A DNA stretch of 64,000 bases, taken from contig JADFYJ010000012.1 of assembly GCA_015233115.1 (NCBI GenBank), positions 15,557 to 79,556 on the forward strand. The letters are read 5' to 3'. Shown here one piece after another: positions 8,518 through 17,811 of this stretch. This DNA is from Candidatus Omnitrophota bacterium (GTDB taxonomy: Bacteria; Omnitrophota; Gorgyraeia; Zapsychrales; Zapsychraceae). The notes below the pieces were generated by a model, which saw only the letters and a list, made by a program, of their open reading frames with translations, was not told the origin of the DNA and made no database searches. The position numbers and the translations under genes are program-made. Positions within the stretch are counted from its first letter, which is position 1, and every line of letters begins with the position of its first letter.

Positions 8518-9177
8518 TCAACGCTTTTTAAGTACCCCGGCCTGTTTACACCAAACATTCACCGGACACTGCGAGCACAGAGGCGAAACAGGTTTACAAA
8601 TATTTTGGCCCCACACGACTAGCAGGGTATTGTATTCAATCCAATATTGGGAGGGAAGTTTTTCACGCAGGGCAAATTCAGTTTCTTCCGGTGTCTTGGT
8701 TTTTACATAACCCAAACGGTTTGAAATGCGGTGCACATGCGTATCAACGCAAATCCCTAATTTTCCGAAACCTTCGGTTAAAACCAAATTCGCGGTTTTC
8801 CGGCCTACCCCGTTAAAAGAAAGCAAAACATCCAAATCATCCGGAACTTTTCCTTTGAATTCATCAATTAGCCGCCGGCAAATACCCAGAATATTTTTCG
8901 CTTTGGTGTGATAAAATCCTACCGGATAAATCGCCTTTTCAATCTGTTTAACGGTCAATTGGGCCATTGAAAAAGGATCTTTCGCTAATTGAAATAATCG
9001 TTCCGCAGCCGGCAGGGTCGTCGCATCCTGAGTCCGTAAACTTAAAATACAGGATATCCAGACTAAAAAGGGGTCATGCCATCTTTTTCCCACCAAAGTG
9101 ACTGACGGATCAGGAAAATCTTTTTCCGCCTTGCGAAGGGTTTTGATAATGAGGGTAATAATTTGATTTGTCAGCAT
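8518..9177 (-). CDS. nth: Endonuclease III (DNA-(apurinic/apyrimidinic) lyase)
   Basis: HhH-GPD domain (LSFNGVGRKTANLVL) and a C-terminal 4Fe-4S cluster CKPVSPLCSQCPVNVWC. The track's start at 9216 would make the first 13 codons out of the intergenic GTCACAARG repeat array, so the start is moved to the in-frame ATG at 9177 (MLTNQ...). Confidence 0.8.
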   Translation of the reverse strand: MLTNQIITLIIKTLRKAEKDFPDPSVTLVGKRWHDPFLVWISCILSLRTQDATTLPAAERLFQLAKDPFSMAQLTVKQIEKAIYPVGFYHTKAKNILGICRRLIDEFKGKVPDDLDVLLSFNGVGRKTANLVLTEGFGKLGICVDTHVHRISNRLGYVKTKTPEETEFALREKLPSQYWIEYNTLLVVWGQNICKPVSPLCSQCPVNVWCKQAGVLKKR

Positions 9178-9190
9178 ACTGATAAATTTT

Positions 9191-9370
9191 GTTAAGTCAC
9201 AAGGACACAAGGACACAATGTCACAAAGAATAAAAAAAATTAAAACAAAACACTCAATAAAATCATAAAATTAAATTATAAAAAAATTGCGATTTGTTTA
9301 TATTTCCCAAATCGCCATTTTATTTTTCTGATCCTTTGTGACCTTGTGACATGTGACTTTGTGACCTTGT
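9191..9370. repeat. Second locus of the GTCACAARG inverted repeat arrays around a ~100-nt AT-rich core (nth promoter region).
   Basis: Left arm gttaagtcacaaggacacaaggacacaatgtcacaaag. Right arm cctttgtgaccttgtgacatgtgactttgtgaccttgtc. Confidence 0.7.
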
Positions 9371-9373
9371 CTG

Positions 9374-10306
9374 TCAAGCCACACTCTTTAAATCATATCC
9401 CTGATCAGCCAAAGATGACAGGTCATCACGCCAATCTTTTTCCACTTTCACGAAACACTCCAGAAAAACTTTGGTTCCTAATAACTCTTCCAGTTCGATG
9501 CGTGCTTCCGTGCCGATTTTCTTCAGCAAACTGCCGCCTTTGCCAATGACTATTTCTTTTTGCGTTTCGCGTTCAACGATAATAAGCGCTTTAATGTGCG
9601 TGGTTTTGACCCGTTTCGGCTGGATGTGTTCGATCATGACCGCTAAAGAATGAGGCAGTTCATCGCGCATTTCATTAAATAATTTTTCCCGGATAATATC
9701 CGCGATAGCCCAGCGCTGGGGATAATCCGTGACGATATCTGCTGGATATAATGCCGGACCTTCTGGAAGAAGATCAAACACCAGTTCAATCAGTTTCTCC
9801 ACATTCGTCCCTTTTTCGCCGGACAAAGGCAAAAGCGTGATATTCGGCATGTCGCTCAAATTTTTACCCATAATTCTCTCAAAAAATTCAATATATTCGG
9901 GAATCCTCGCGCCTTTTTTGATGTCAATCTTATTCATGGCCAAAATAACCGGCCCCTTAACTTTTTTAATTTTTTCTGCCAGATATTCTTCTTCTTGACC
10001 GGTCTGCCGGGTCGTATCAACTAAATAGATTACCACATCCACGTCGGAAAAAGTGCCTTCCGAGGCCCGGTTCATATATTTATCCAGCTTATCCCGTCCG
10101 ATATGCAGACCCGGGGTATCAATAAAAACAATTTGGCCGCGTTCATCCGTTAATATGCCGCGGATTTGCTGGCGGGTCGTTTGCGGGATCTTAGAAACTA
10201 TCGAAACTTTCTCTTCGCATATACTGTTGAGCAATGTCGACTTGCCCGTATTCGGACGGCCTACGATTGAAACCATCCCGCATTTTATTTTTTTTTCTTC
10301 AGTCAT
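9374..10306 (-). CDS. era: GTPase Era
   Basis: G-domain (GRPNTGKSTLLN, DTPG, NKID) plus a C-terminal KH domain. Start taken at ATG 10306 (MTEEKK, SD GGAAGTGGGGA), which forms an ATGA overlap with the upstream stop. Confidence 0.85.
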   Translation of the reverse strand: MTEEKKIKCGMVSIVGRPNTGKSTLLNSICEEKVSIVSKIPQTTRQQIRGILTDERGQIVFIDTPGLHIGRDKLDKYMNRASEGTFSDVDVVIYLVDTTRQTGQEEEYLAEKIKKVKGPVILAMNKIDIKKGARIPEYIEFFERIMGKNLSDMPNITLLPLSGEKGTNVEKLIELVFDLLPEGPALYPADIVTDYPQRWAIADIIREKLFNEMRDELPHSLAVMIEHIQPKRVKTTHIKALIIVERETQKEIVIGKGGSLLKKIGTEARIELEELLGTKVFLECFVKVEKDWRDDLSSLADQGYDLKSVA

Positions 10307-10569
10307 TTTCCCCACTTCCTATATTTTAATGTTGCAATAACAACGAACGTAAAAAATATCACATTCATGTAATTATATGTCCGCCAAACCATATCCGGAG
10401 AACGGAAACCCGCCGGAGCCATAAGAATAATACAGCCCCAAATCCCCAACGCCCACATCAGGCTAATATCTTCAGACGATTTCCGCTGGAACATTTTAAT
10501 AATCAACGGAATATTAAATAGAGGCATAGCCACTGCCGCGACAAAACCCATTTTTTCTATAAAATCCAT
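10303..10569 (-). CDS. PQ-loop / SemiSWEET-like small sugar transporter (3 TM)
   Basis: 88 aa, three hydrophobic helices, and a PQ-loop-like MPLFNIPLIIKMFQRKSSEDIS motif. Confidence 0.5.
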   Translation of the reverse strand: MDFIEKMGFVAAVAMPLFNIPLIIKMFQRKSSEDISLMWALGIWGCIILMAPAGFRSPDMVWRTYNYMNVIFFTFVVIATLKYRKWGK

Positions 10570-10633
10570 GCTTGCCCCCTTTTAATTAAACCTAAAGTTA
10601 CATTTAAAATTTTGCGAAATTGGCTTTTGTGTA

Positions 10634-10681
10634 TTCCCGAGCGAGTTTCCTTGCCGCTTCGGCAAGGTTGTTTGAGCGAAG
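10634..10681. repeat. Conserved hairpin element, copy 2 (TTCCCGAGCGAGTTTCCTTGCCGCTTCGGCAAGGTTGTTTGAGCGAAG).
   Basis: Matches copy 1 at 4601..4648 except for the compensatory G/C swap in the stem. Flanked by inverted repeats cttttgtgtatt / aatatacaaaag. Confidence 0.6.
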
Positions 10682-10723
10682 AATATACAAAAGTTAAATT
10701 CGTAAAATTTTACTTCTGCCAAT

Positions 10724-11626
10724 TTAAGCTTTCATAAACGCAGCATAAATTTTCTTACGATTTTCTATGTCTTGCAACGTCAGCTTAGCCGTCTTTTCCA
10801 TCGCAAAACCTTCCACATTAAATGACGAGCACATCGTCGCGTAAATGAGAGCTTTGCGGATTTCCTTTTCATTAATTTTCTTCACTTTACTCAAATATCC
10901 CATCAAGCCGCCGGCAAACGTATCGCCCGCGCCAGTCGGATCCACAACTTTTTCAACCGGGAAAGCGGGAAAACCACACATAAAAGCTTTAGAATAAAAC
11001 AGCACACCATGTTCGCCCTTTTTAACCACGACGAATTTCGGGCCTAAAGCAGCTAAGGCTTTCGCGGCCTTGATTAAATTTGTTTCACCCGTAATATCCT
11101 GCGCTTCTTTATCATTCGCGACGAACAAATCAACCTTTTTAATCAATTTAATCAGCGCGTCTTTCTTAATATTAATCCACAGATTCATACTGTCTAAACC
11201 GACCAGCCTGGGCAATTTCATCAGCGATAAAAATTCATCCTGCACTTCCGGATCAATATTGCCTAAAAACACATTCGGAATATTTTTTTGCGCTTCGGAA
11301 ACTACCGGCTTATATTGTCCTAACACGCCTAATACTGTCGCGTGCGTGATAGCCGCGTTTAAATTCTCTTTTTTATATTCCCCATCCCATTGAAACGTTT
11401 CACCTTCATAAACGATAACCGATGAAATATCTATGCCTTTGGTTTTTAAAAAATTCCAGTACTTCTTCGGGAAATCCTTCCCTACATTCGCCGCAATCGA
11501 CACCTTCGTAAACAAGCTGGCGCTCATGGAAAAATGAGACGCTGACCCGCCTAACAATCCCCTTTTTTCTCCAGCCGGTGTTTTTAAATTATCTAAAGCC
11601 ACTGTCCCTGTAACAATTAAACTCAT
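10724..11626 (-). CDS. PfkB-family carbohydrate kinase
   Basis: 300 aa. DPTGAGDTFAGG ATP-binding signature and ribokinase-like fold motifs. Confidence 0.7.
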   Translation of the reverse strand: MSLIVTGTVALDNLKTPAGEKRGLLGGSASHFSMSASLFTKVSIAANVGKDFPKKYWNFLKTKGIDISSVIVYEGETFQWDGEYKKENLNAAITHATVLGVLGQYKPVVSEAQKNIPNVFLGNIDPEVQDEFLSLMKLPRLVGLDSMNLWINIKKDALIKLIKKVDLFVANDKEAQDITGETNLIKAAKALAALGPKFVVVKKGEHGVLFYSKAFMCGFPAFPVEKVVDPTGAGDTFAGGLMGYLSKVKKINEKEIRKALIYATMCSSFNVEGFAMEKTAKLTLQDIENRKKIYAAFMKA

Positions 11627-11730
11627 AAATAATCCTTTTCGCTTTGTTTGAATATCTTCGGTTGATGGTTTTTAGTTTTTGGTCAATGATCTCGTAATCA
11701 ATCGCTTTTCTCAGTTACTCTGTTATTCGC

Positions 11731-12840
11731 TCACTTTGTTACTTTAAATTTCTCCCCTACCGCAATTCTTTCTTTTAACGGCGGATGATCATAAAAAAAT
11801 AATTTTTCCATGAGCGATGGATTCTCTTTGGCTAAATTCATCTCTCCCAGTTTTTTCATAAGAGAAATAAAATCCGCCGGCTTTTGCGTCATGGTCAGGC
11901 AAAACAAATCCGCCTGCTTTTCCAAATACCGGCTGAAAGCGTTCAGCGGAATGGCCGTGGCCAAACTGAACACCACGAAGGCTACCGTGATCATGGGCAA
12001 AAACGCGATATCATCAATCCCCCTTAAATGAAAAGCCCCGACTGAATAATTCAAAAATAACGCAATCAAATAAAATCCCACAAAAATGACGATCCCGTTC
12101 ACGATCAACAATTTAAAAATATCCCGATGTACATAATGCCCTAATTCGTGAGCTACCACCGCCTCGATTTCATCAACAGTGTATTGGTTTACCAATGTGT
12201 CCCCTAACACGACCCGGCGGGTACGGCCTATGCCACAAACAAACGCGTTAGCTTTTTTAGTTTTTTGCGACATATCAATCATGTAAACATCTTGTAAAAA
12301 AACTTTACATTTCTTGAACATGTCAAAGATGCGATCCTTTAAAGACGCGTTATTGATCGGCACATATTTGTAAAAAATCGGAATAATAACATTCGGCGTG
12401 ATCTTGGCCATGATGACCGCCATAAAAACCCAAAATATCCACGCGCAGATCCACCAACCAGAAGGAAAATGTCTCAAGAAAAAATATACGACTTCCACCA
12501 AAACCACGACCATCACTAAACCTAATGCCGACTGTTTGAGATCATCCGTCCACCATTGAAAAAAATTTTGGTTAGATAACTGAAATTTGTGTTCCCAGAT
12601 ATATCCGAGGAAGAAATTAAGCGGAAGATGCAAAAGATATAACAGTGACGAGAATAAAAAAACATACAGCCCATTCGCGATCCAAAAGTTGGACGATATG
12701 ACAAAAGTCCAATTACGGACGGTCAAACTCCAGCCCGCAAAGAAAAAAATCATTAAAAACGCGAAATCCAAAAATAACCCGGAAAAAAACATCCGGTTTT
12801 TAACGCGATGATATTGATCAGATCGAGCCGCTGGCATCAT
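11731..12840 (-). CDS. M48-family zinc metallopeptidase (HtpX/Ste24-like), polytopic membrane protein
   Basis: 369 aa. N-terminal TM helices and HELGHYVHRD (HExxH). ATGA overlap with the upstream TPR gene. Confidence 0.7.
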   Translation of the reverse strand: MMPAARSDQYHRVKNRMFFSGLFLDFAFLMIFFFAGWSLTVRNWTFVISSNFWIANGLYVFLFSSLLYLLHLPLNFFLGYIWEHKFQLSNQNFFQWWTDDLKQSALGLVMVVVLVEVVYFFLRHFPSGWWICAWIFWVFMAVIMAKITPNVIIPIFYKYVPINNASLKDRIFDMFKKCKVFLQDVYMIDMSQKTKKANAFVCGIGRTRRVVLGDTLVNQYTVDEIEAVVAHELGHYVHRDIFKLLIVNGIVIFVGFYLIALFLNYSVGAFHLRGIDDIAFLPMITVAFVVFSLATAIPLNAFSRYLEKQADLFCLTMTQKPADFISLMKKLGEMNLAKENPSLMEKLFFYDHPPLKERIAVGEKFKVTK

Positions 12841-13253
12841 ATATCGGTTGAATCCTCGACCATAATCTTATTTTTCAACCCACCTAAATAAGACTGGAAT
12901 CTATAATCTTTACGCAAATTATGCAAGTCTTCATCTTCTTGTAAAAAAGCAAAATCATCATACCCGCAAAGAATCGCCTTTTTAATGGTCTCAAGCGCCA
13001 AATCCACATAATTGAGCAATGAATAACTGCACGCTAAATTATAAAGGATATACGCGTCATCTGACCGCAATAAAGCCAGTTTCTCGTCAATCTTGAGACC
13101 CGCTTCAAACTCACCACTGAGCGTATAAACATCGCCGAGCGCGATCAGCGCCTCAATAAAATCAGGGGTTCTCTGCAATATCCCCTCATAAAACTTTTTT
13201 TCAAACTCGACGGCCTTTTTCTTCATTCCTCGTGCCATAACAGCCTCCACCAT
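12837..13253 (-). CDS. TPR-repeat protein
   Basis: 138 aa with helical-repeat periodicity (ALIALGDVYTLSGEFEAGL...LYNLACSYSLLNYVDLA). Confidence 0.4.
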   Translation of the reverse strand: MVEAVMARGMKKKAVEFEKKFYEGILQRTPDFIEALIALGDVYTLSGEFEAGLKIDEKLALLRSDDAYILYNLACSYSLLNYVDLALETIKKAILCGYDDFAFLQEDEDLHNLRKDYRFQSYLGGLKNKIMVEDSTDI

Positions 13254-14408
13254 TTATTTTAAAAACTTTTTAACCCGCGCCATCGCTTCTTTAAGAGCTT
13301 CAAAACTCGACGCGTAAGAAATACGAACATGTCCTTCTGCCGACGGGCCAAATGCCACACCCGGCACCAATGCTACTTTTTGTTCCTTAAGCAACTCCTG
13401 GGCAAAATCAATGGATGTCATAGATGTTTTTTTAATCGACGGAAAAGCATAAAACGCTCCTTGCGGCATATGACACTCCAGGCCCATTTCATTCAAAGAA
13501 TCAACGATAAATTGACGGCGGCGCTTGTATTCCGTCTTCATGGCCGCCACACTTTTATGGCCATTCACCAATGCTTCTTCCGCAGCCATCTGCCCATTAA
13601 TCGGCGCGCACAAGATAGTGTACTGATGAATCTTGGTCATACCCGCAATGACATTTTCCGGGCCGCACGCGAACCCGATCCTAAAACCAGTCATAGCGTA
13701 TGCCTTAGAAAAACCATTCATATAAATAACCCGCTCTTTCATTCCCGGCAAGGTAGCCAAAGGCACATGGTCAAAATCATACGTCAGATCATCATAAACC
13801 TCATCGCTGATTACCACCACATTGTTTTTTTTAATAACTTTAACTAAAGCCTCCAACTCTTTGCGGTTATATGACGCTCCGGTCGGATTAGACGGATAGT
13901 TGATCATCAAATATTTAATGCCCTCTTTTTTACAGATCTGGTCTAATTCTGCTGGCAGCATTTTAAAATGATTTTTTGTTTGAGTGACCATGCGGATCAC
14001 CCGGCCGCCTGCCATGTCAGCCAAAGGAGCGTAGGACACATAACAAGGCTCAGGCACTAGCACCTTATCACCCGGATTAATCAGAGTCCGCCAAGCTAAA
14101 TCAAGGCCTTCGCTGACGCCAACCGTAATCAATATTTCGGTTTCCGGATCATAGACCAAATCGAATTTGTGCTTCAAAAAATGCGCGATTTGTTTGCGGA
14201 GCGAGATTAATCCCTTATTCGACGTATAAGACGTATACCCTTCTTCATAAGCTGTAATCGCCTTTTCCCGTATGTTCCACGGCGTCACAAAATCAGGTTC
14301 ACCCACGCCAAGGGAAATAACATCTTTCATCCCCAGAACCAAATCAAAAAATGCCCTGATCCCCGAAGGGGCCATGTCATCCACTTTTTTAGAAATCTGT
14401 ATTTTCAT
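13254..14408 (-). CDS. Class I/II PLP-dependent aminotransferase (aspartate aminotransferase-like)
   Basis: 384 aa. GEPDF, NPSNPTG-like NYPSNPTGASY, and a PLP lysine in SKAYAMTGFRIGF. Confidence 0.8.
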   Translation of the reverse strand: MKIQISKKVDDMAPSGIRAFFDLVLGMKDVISLGVGEPDFVTPWNIREKAITAYEEGYTSYTSNKGLISLRKQIAHFLKHKFDLVYDPETEILITVGVSEGLDLAWRTLINPGDKVLVPEPCYVSYAPLADMAGGRVIRMVTQTKNHFKMLPAELDQICKKEGIKYLMINYPSNPTGASYNRKELEALVKVIKKNNVVVISDEVYDDLTYDFDHVPLATLPGMKERVIYMNGFSKAYAMTGFRIGFACGPENVIAGMTKIHQYTILCAPINGQMAAEEALVNGHKSVAAMKTEYKRRRQFIVDSLNEMGLECHMPQGAFYAFPSIKKTSMTSIDFAQELLKEQKVALVPGVAFGPSAEGHVRISYASSFEALKEAMARVKKFLK

Positions 14409-14418
14409 AATATTTTAT

Positions 14419-14599
14419 AGTGACCGAGTAACAGAGTAACCGAGTAACAAAGAAAAAGCTTAAAAACCAAAATGAAACAAAAAAATAATTAAAAAACACA
14501 AACAATAAAATCTCTAATTTTTTTACATTTAAATTCTTTATCGTCAATCGTTTTTCTCTGTCACTCGGTTACTCGGTTACTCGGTTACTTTGTTACTTG
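14419..14599. repeat. Inverted arrays of a 9-nt periodic repeat (GTAACCGAG family) bracketing a ~100-nt AT-rich core.
   Basis: Left arm tagtgaccgagtaacagagtaaccgagtaacaaag. Right arm ctctgtcactcggttactcggttactcggttactttgttacttg. Confidence 0.7.
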
Positions 14600-14601
14600 T
14601 T

Positions 14602-15087
14602 TTAATATGATATATTTAACCTTTTGCTCGTTTCTTTTTGCTTAAGCACGTGGCCGTCTTCTTTGTATTTTTTCAAAAGAAAATGCGTAGCCGTGCCGCG
14701 CACATTTTCCATAGGAGAAAGCTTCGACGCAATAAAGTTAGAGACTTTTTGAATATTTTCTCCCTCGACAATCAACAATAAATCATACGTCCCAGATACC
14801 AAATAGCAGCTCACCACTTCCGGAAAACTATAAATCCTTTCCGCGATATGATCAAACCCTACATCCTTTTGAGGAGTAACACTGACTTCTATTAAAGCGC
14901 GTACAAACGAATTGGATTCGCGCACTAAATCATGATTGATCAAAGTTTTGTACTGAACAATCACGCCGCTTTGTTCATATTTCTTAATCGCTTTTTGCAC
15001 CGCATCTTTTGATTTGCCGGTCATTTTCGCGATCTCGACCGGAGTCACGCGAGCGTCACCTGCCAATATGTCTAGTATTTCATCCAT
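14602..15087 (-). CDS. Lrp/AsnC-family transcriptional regulator
   Basis: HTH (ILDILAGDARVTPVEIAKMTGKSKDAVQKAI) and a C-terminal RAM/AsnC domain. Start moved to ATG 15087 (MDEIL, SD GGAGA), 11 nt after the upstream stop. The track start at 15171 overlaps the upstream CDS. Confidence 0.7.
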   Translation of the reverse strand: MDEILDILAGDARVTPVEIAKMTGKSKDAVQKAIKKYEQSGVIVQYKTLINHDLVRESNSFVRALIEVSVTPQKDVGFDHIAERIYSFPEVVSCYLVSGTYDLLLIVEGENIQKVSNFIASKLSPMENVRGTATHFLLKKYKEDGHVLKQKETSKRLNISY

Positions 15088-15097
15088 AAAATCTCCA

Positions 15098-16048
15098 TTA
15101 TCTTTTTTTCCGTTGAATAATTTCTTCACGTAAAAGCTGATTTTCTTTATCCAGCGCAATAATCTGTTCAACCAAAGCCTGATGGGACTTTTGCTGTTCT
15201 ATGGTATTCCGGACTGCTCCATCTAAATCCGAGTAGTCCCGTTCTAAGCCCTGCACTTCCAATTGCAAATCTTTTTTTTGTTTTTCTTTCTCCATCCTCT
15301 GTCTATCTATCTCCACCAAACGTTCATCTTTAAACGAAACTTTATCCTGTCTCGACACTTGTTGTTTTTGATCAATCAAATCCGCGTATTCTTTTTCCAA
15401 ATCTCCGATATCACCCGCCATTTTTTCTGCCGCCCCCAAAGCATCCCCGCGTTTACTTTCCCAATCATTAATCTCTAAAAGCACTTTCTTTTCTTTGTCT
15501 TTATAATCATCCAACTTGGCCCGCAAATCATTGACTTCAGCCGTACGCTCATGTTTTTTATTTTGAAGTCCCAATTCATTAATTTTGATATCCAATTCCA
15601 GCTTGCGTTTTTCATATTGTAAGTCAGCAAATTTCAATTTTAAAACCCGAGTCTCTTCTTCCAAATCCAGCATTTGTTTCTTTAAAGCCAAATTTTTTGC
15701 CTGATGAACCATCACATCATTCTCAACCGTGGCCACTTGTTTCCGGTATTCCGCAATCTTCTCTGTTTCCTGCGCCTGCATCGCCCGGATCACTTCCGAG
15801 GTTTCGGCCGAAGTTTGAGAATTTTTTTTAACGTCGGAAATTTGTTGCTCCAATGCGGCTTTTTGCTGCATCACTTGATCATATTCAGCTTGAAGTTTAT
15901 GATTCGCGGTTAAAGCAGCGCTGGATTTTTCTTTCAAAACCGTGATCGCGCGTAAAATCGAGCCATCCGGAACAGACTGCGCCCAAAGCGGCGAAGAACT
16001 GGCGCAAAAAATCGTAAATATAAATATTTTATATAATTTACATTTCAT
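15098..16048 (-). CDS. Secreted coiled-coil protein (hypothetical)
   Basis: 316 aa. Signal peptide MKCKLYKIFIFTIFCASSSPLWAQS, then a long heptad-rich, E/K/Q-rich sequence. Confidence 0.4.
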   Translation of the reverse strand: MKCKLYKIFIFTIFCASSSPLWAQSVPDGSILRAITVLKEKSSAALTANHKLQAEYDQVMQQKAALEQQISDVKKNSQTSAETSEVIRAMQAQETEKIAEYRKQVATVENDVMVHQAKNLALKKQMLDLEEETRVLKLKFADLQYEKRKLELDIKINELGLQNKKHERTAEVNDLRAKLDDYKDKEKKVLLEINDWESKRGDALGAAEKMAGDIGDLEKEYADLIDQKQQVSRQDKVSFKDERLVEIDRQRMEKEKQKKDLQLEVQGLERDYSDLDGAVRNTIEQQKSHQALVEQIIALDKENQLLREEIIQRKKR

Positions 16049-16105
16049 ATGAACAAATATTATACAGACTCAACCGCTTTTGGGCAAGTTAAATGAGCCG
16101 TGAGC

Positions 16106-17068
16106 TCATCTCTCCATATAGACCACATTTTCCGCAGTGAATATCGCGGTGTGGCGTGAAGGAACGCGCGTTTTTTTGCGCAAAGTATATGAGGGAACCA
16201 TTAAAACCGGGCGGAAAGATTCTTTGGTGGCTGTGAGATTCGGTATACCCGTATCATCCATCGCGTTCAATAATTTATATGGACGGACTTGTGCATCATT
16301 ACAAAATTCACGGAAAATATACGTCGGTAAACCCTTCATGGAAAGATCAGCCACTTCTAGAACTACGCAAAACATATCCTTGGTCAATGGGTACCCAAAA
16401 GTATACGCACAAATTTTACCTTCCACCTTAACGACTCGCCCTACCATCCCTAACAACTCAAAATTTTCAAAAACCGTTTTATTGACAGTAATATTTTCCT
16501 CCAGCATCAAATTATACAAATCATCCTGACCTGTTGAACCACGCTCCTCGGTCCAGTCCCGCAATAATTTCAGGCATTCGCCGGACATGGATTTTTCATA
16601 CGGCAAAAATTGACAAGACGGATAAACATTCACAAAGCGATTATATTCTGACCGTTTGGATTTATATCTATTCCCGACCAAACCGGCGATATCTTCCGTC
16701 CGGTAACAATATTCTTTTAATTTCAAAGACTGTTCATGTTTTTCCGGAGCAGAGCCGTAAGTCATGCCAATGCCCACATTTTCAATCCGGGTCACAGTTT
16801 TGTCTGTATTGCGCTCATTCATAATGCGAAAACAAGTTTTAATGGCTTCCGGATTGGGGGATGAGGCTAAAGGCGGAAAATATAAAAATGATCCCATATT
16901 ATTTTTCGCAAACACGCACAAACTTTCTTTAATGATTCTGAAATCAAACGCGAAGAAATCTTTCCATAAAAATAAATTCACAAACGACAAAGCCGATAAA
17001 TAATGCGGCTTACGCTGTAAATAAGTATTGATTAACGCGCGTTTTGAAAGTAAATCGTCGGTTGACAT
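16106..17068 (-). CDS. DUF2156-like protein (resembles the C-terminal domain of lysyl-phosphatidylglycerol synthases)
   Basis: 320 aa. Weak similarity only (LSALSFVNLFLWKDFF...). Treat as a hypothetical protein. Confidence 0.3.
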   Translation of the reverse strand: MSTDDLLSKRALINTYLQRKPHYLSALSFVNLFLWKDFFAFDFRIIKESLCVFAKNNMGSFLYFPPLASSPNPEAIKTCFRIMNERNTDKTVTRIENVGIGMTYGSAPEKHEQSLKLKEYCYRTEDIAGLVGNRYKSKRSEYNRFVNVYPSCQFLPYEKSMSGECLKLLRDWTEERGSTGQDDLYNLMLEENITVNKTVFENFELLGMVGRVVKVEGKICAYTFGYPLTKDMFCVVLEVADLSMKGLPTYIFREFCNDAQVRPYKLLNAMDDTGIPNLTATKESFRPVLMVPSYTLRKKTRVPSRHTAIFTAENVVYMER

Positions 17069-17193
17069 TTAAACCCCTATATTGCGTTATTCAAAGTTTT
17101 TGTTTGACTCCCGACGCATCGTTATGCATGCTCCGGCTTGGGTTTAACCCCGCAGGTTTGATTAAATCTCGGCAAGATTTAATCATGCGGTGG

Positions 17194-17685
17194 CTAGATG
17201 TTCACCTCAAACAAGTCTTCGAATTCTTCTTGATATCCCGGATAATCACCGGCCAAATGTTTATTTTGTTTTACAAAATTTTTTACGTCTGGTTTACTAA
17301 AAAATTCACGCAATTGCTTTTCATAATCCGCGAATTTTTGTGAATGCCGATACTCGACGACCATCGGGCAGCTCAGGTGAATACTCACCATCACTTTTTC
17401 GCCCCGCTTCATTAAAACGCACGGGTAAACCTGACATTCAAACGGCCGTGACGTGTAAATCGCGCAATAATGCTCATCCTTTTCCAGGCACACGCACAAA
17501 TGTTTTCCGTCGGATTCATCCGCCTTGATGTACGAACGGCCGTCTATCCGCTCAGCGCCGATGGCCTTAATCTCAACCTCGCCGCAACGCGGGCGCCAGC
17601 AACTGTCTTTTTCATAAAAACGGCAACAGCCATCACACTTTAAACATACATCAGATACCGCAAATGAAGGCACCCCTTCCAACAT
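17194..17685 (-). CDS. YkgJ-family Cys-cluster (putative Zn/Fe-chelating) protein
   Basis: 163 aa. CLKCDGCCRF and CAIYTSRPFECQVYPC match the UPF0153 CxxCxxCC signature. Confidence 0.55.
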   Translation of the reverse strand: MLEGVPSFAVSDVCLKCDGCCRFYEKDSCWRPRCGEVEIKAIGAERIDGRSYIKADESDGKHLCVCLEKDEHYCAIYTSRPFECQVYPCVLMKRGEKVMVSIHLSCPMVVEYRHSQKFADYEKQLREFFSKPDVKNFVKQNKHLAGDYPGYQEEFEDLFEVNI

Positions 17686-17811
17686 GAATTCTCCCTTACA
17701 CTTTATTTATATTTCAATTTAAAACAAAATCTATAAAAAATTAATATATTTTTAACAAACAGGCAAATAGTTATAAAAGGCGATAGGCCATAGACGATAG
17801 GTTTAAAAAAA

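Noticed and set aside
9178-9216. Track start codon of nth at 9216 (MSLCPCDLTKFIS...)
   Set aside because: These codons are the GTCACAARG intergenic repeat array, which recurs non-codingly at 7637-7785. The start was moved to ATG 9177.
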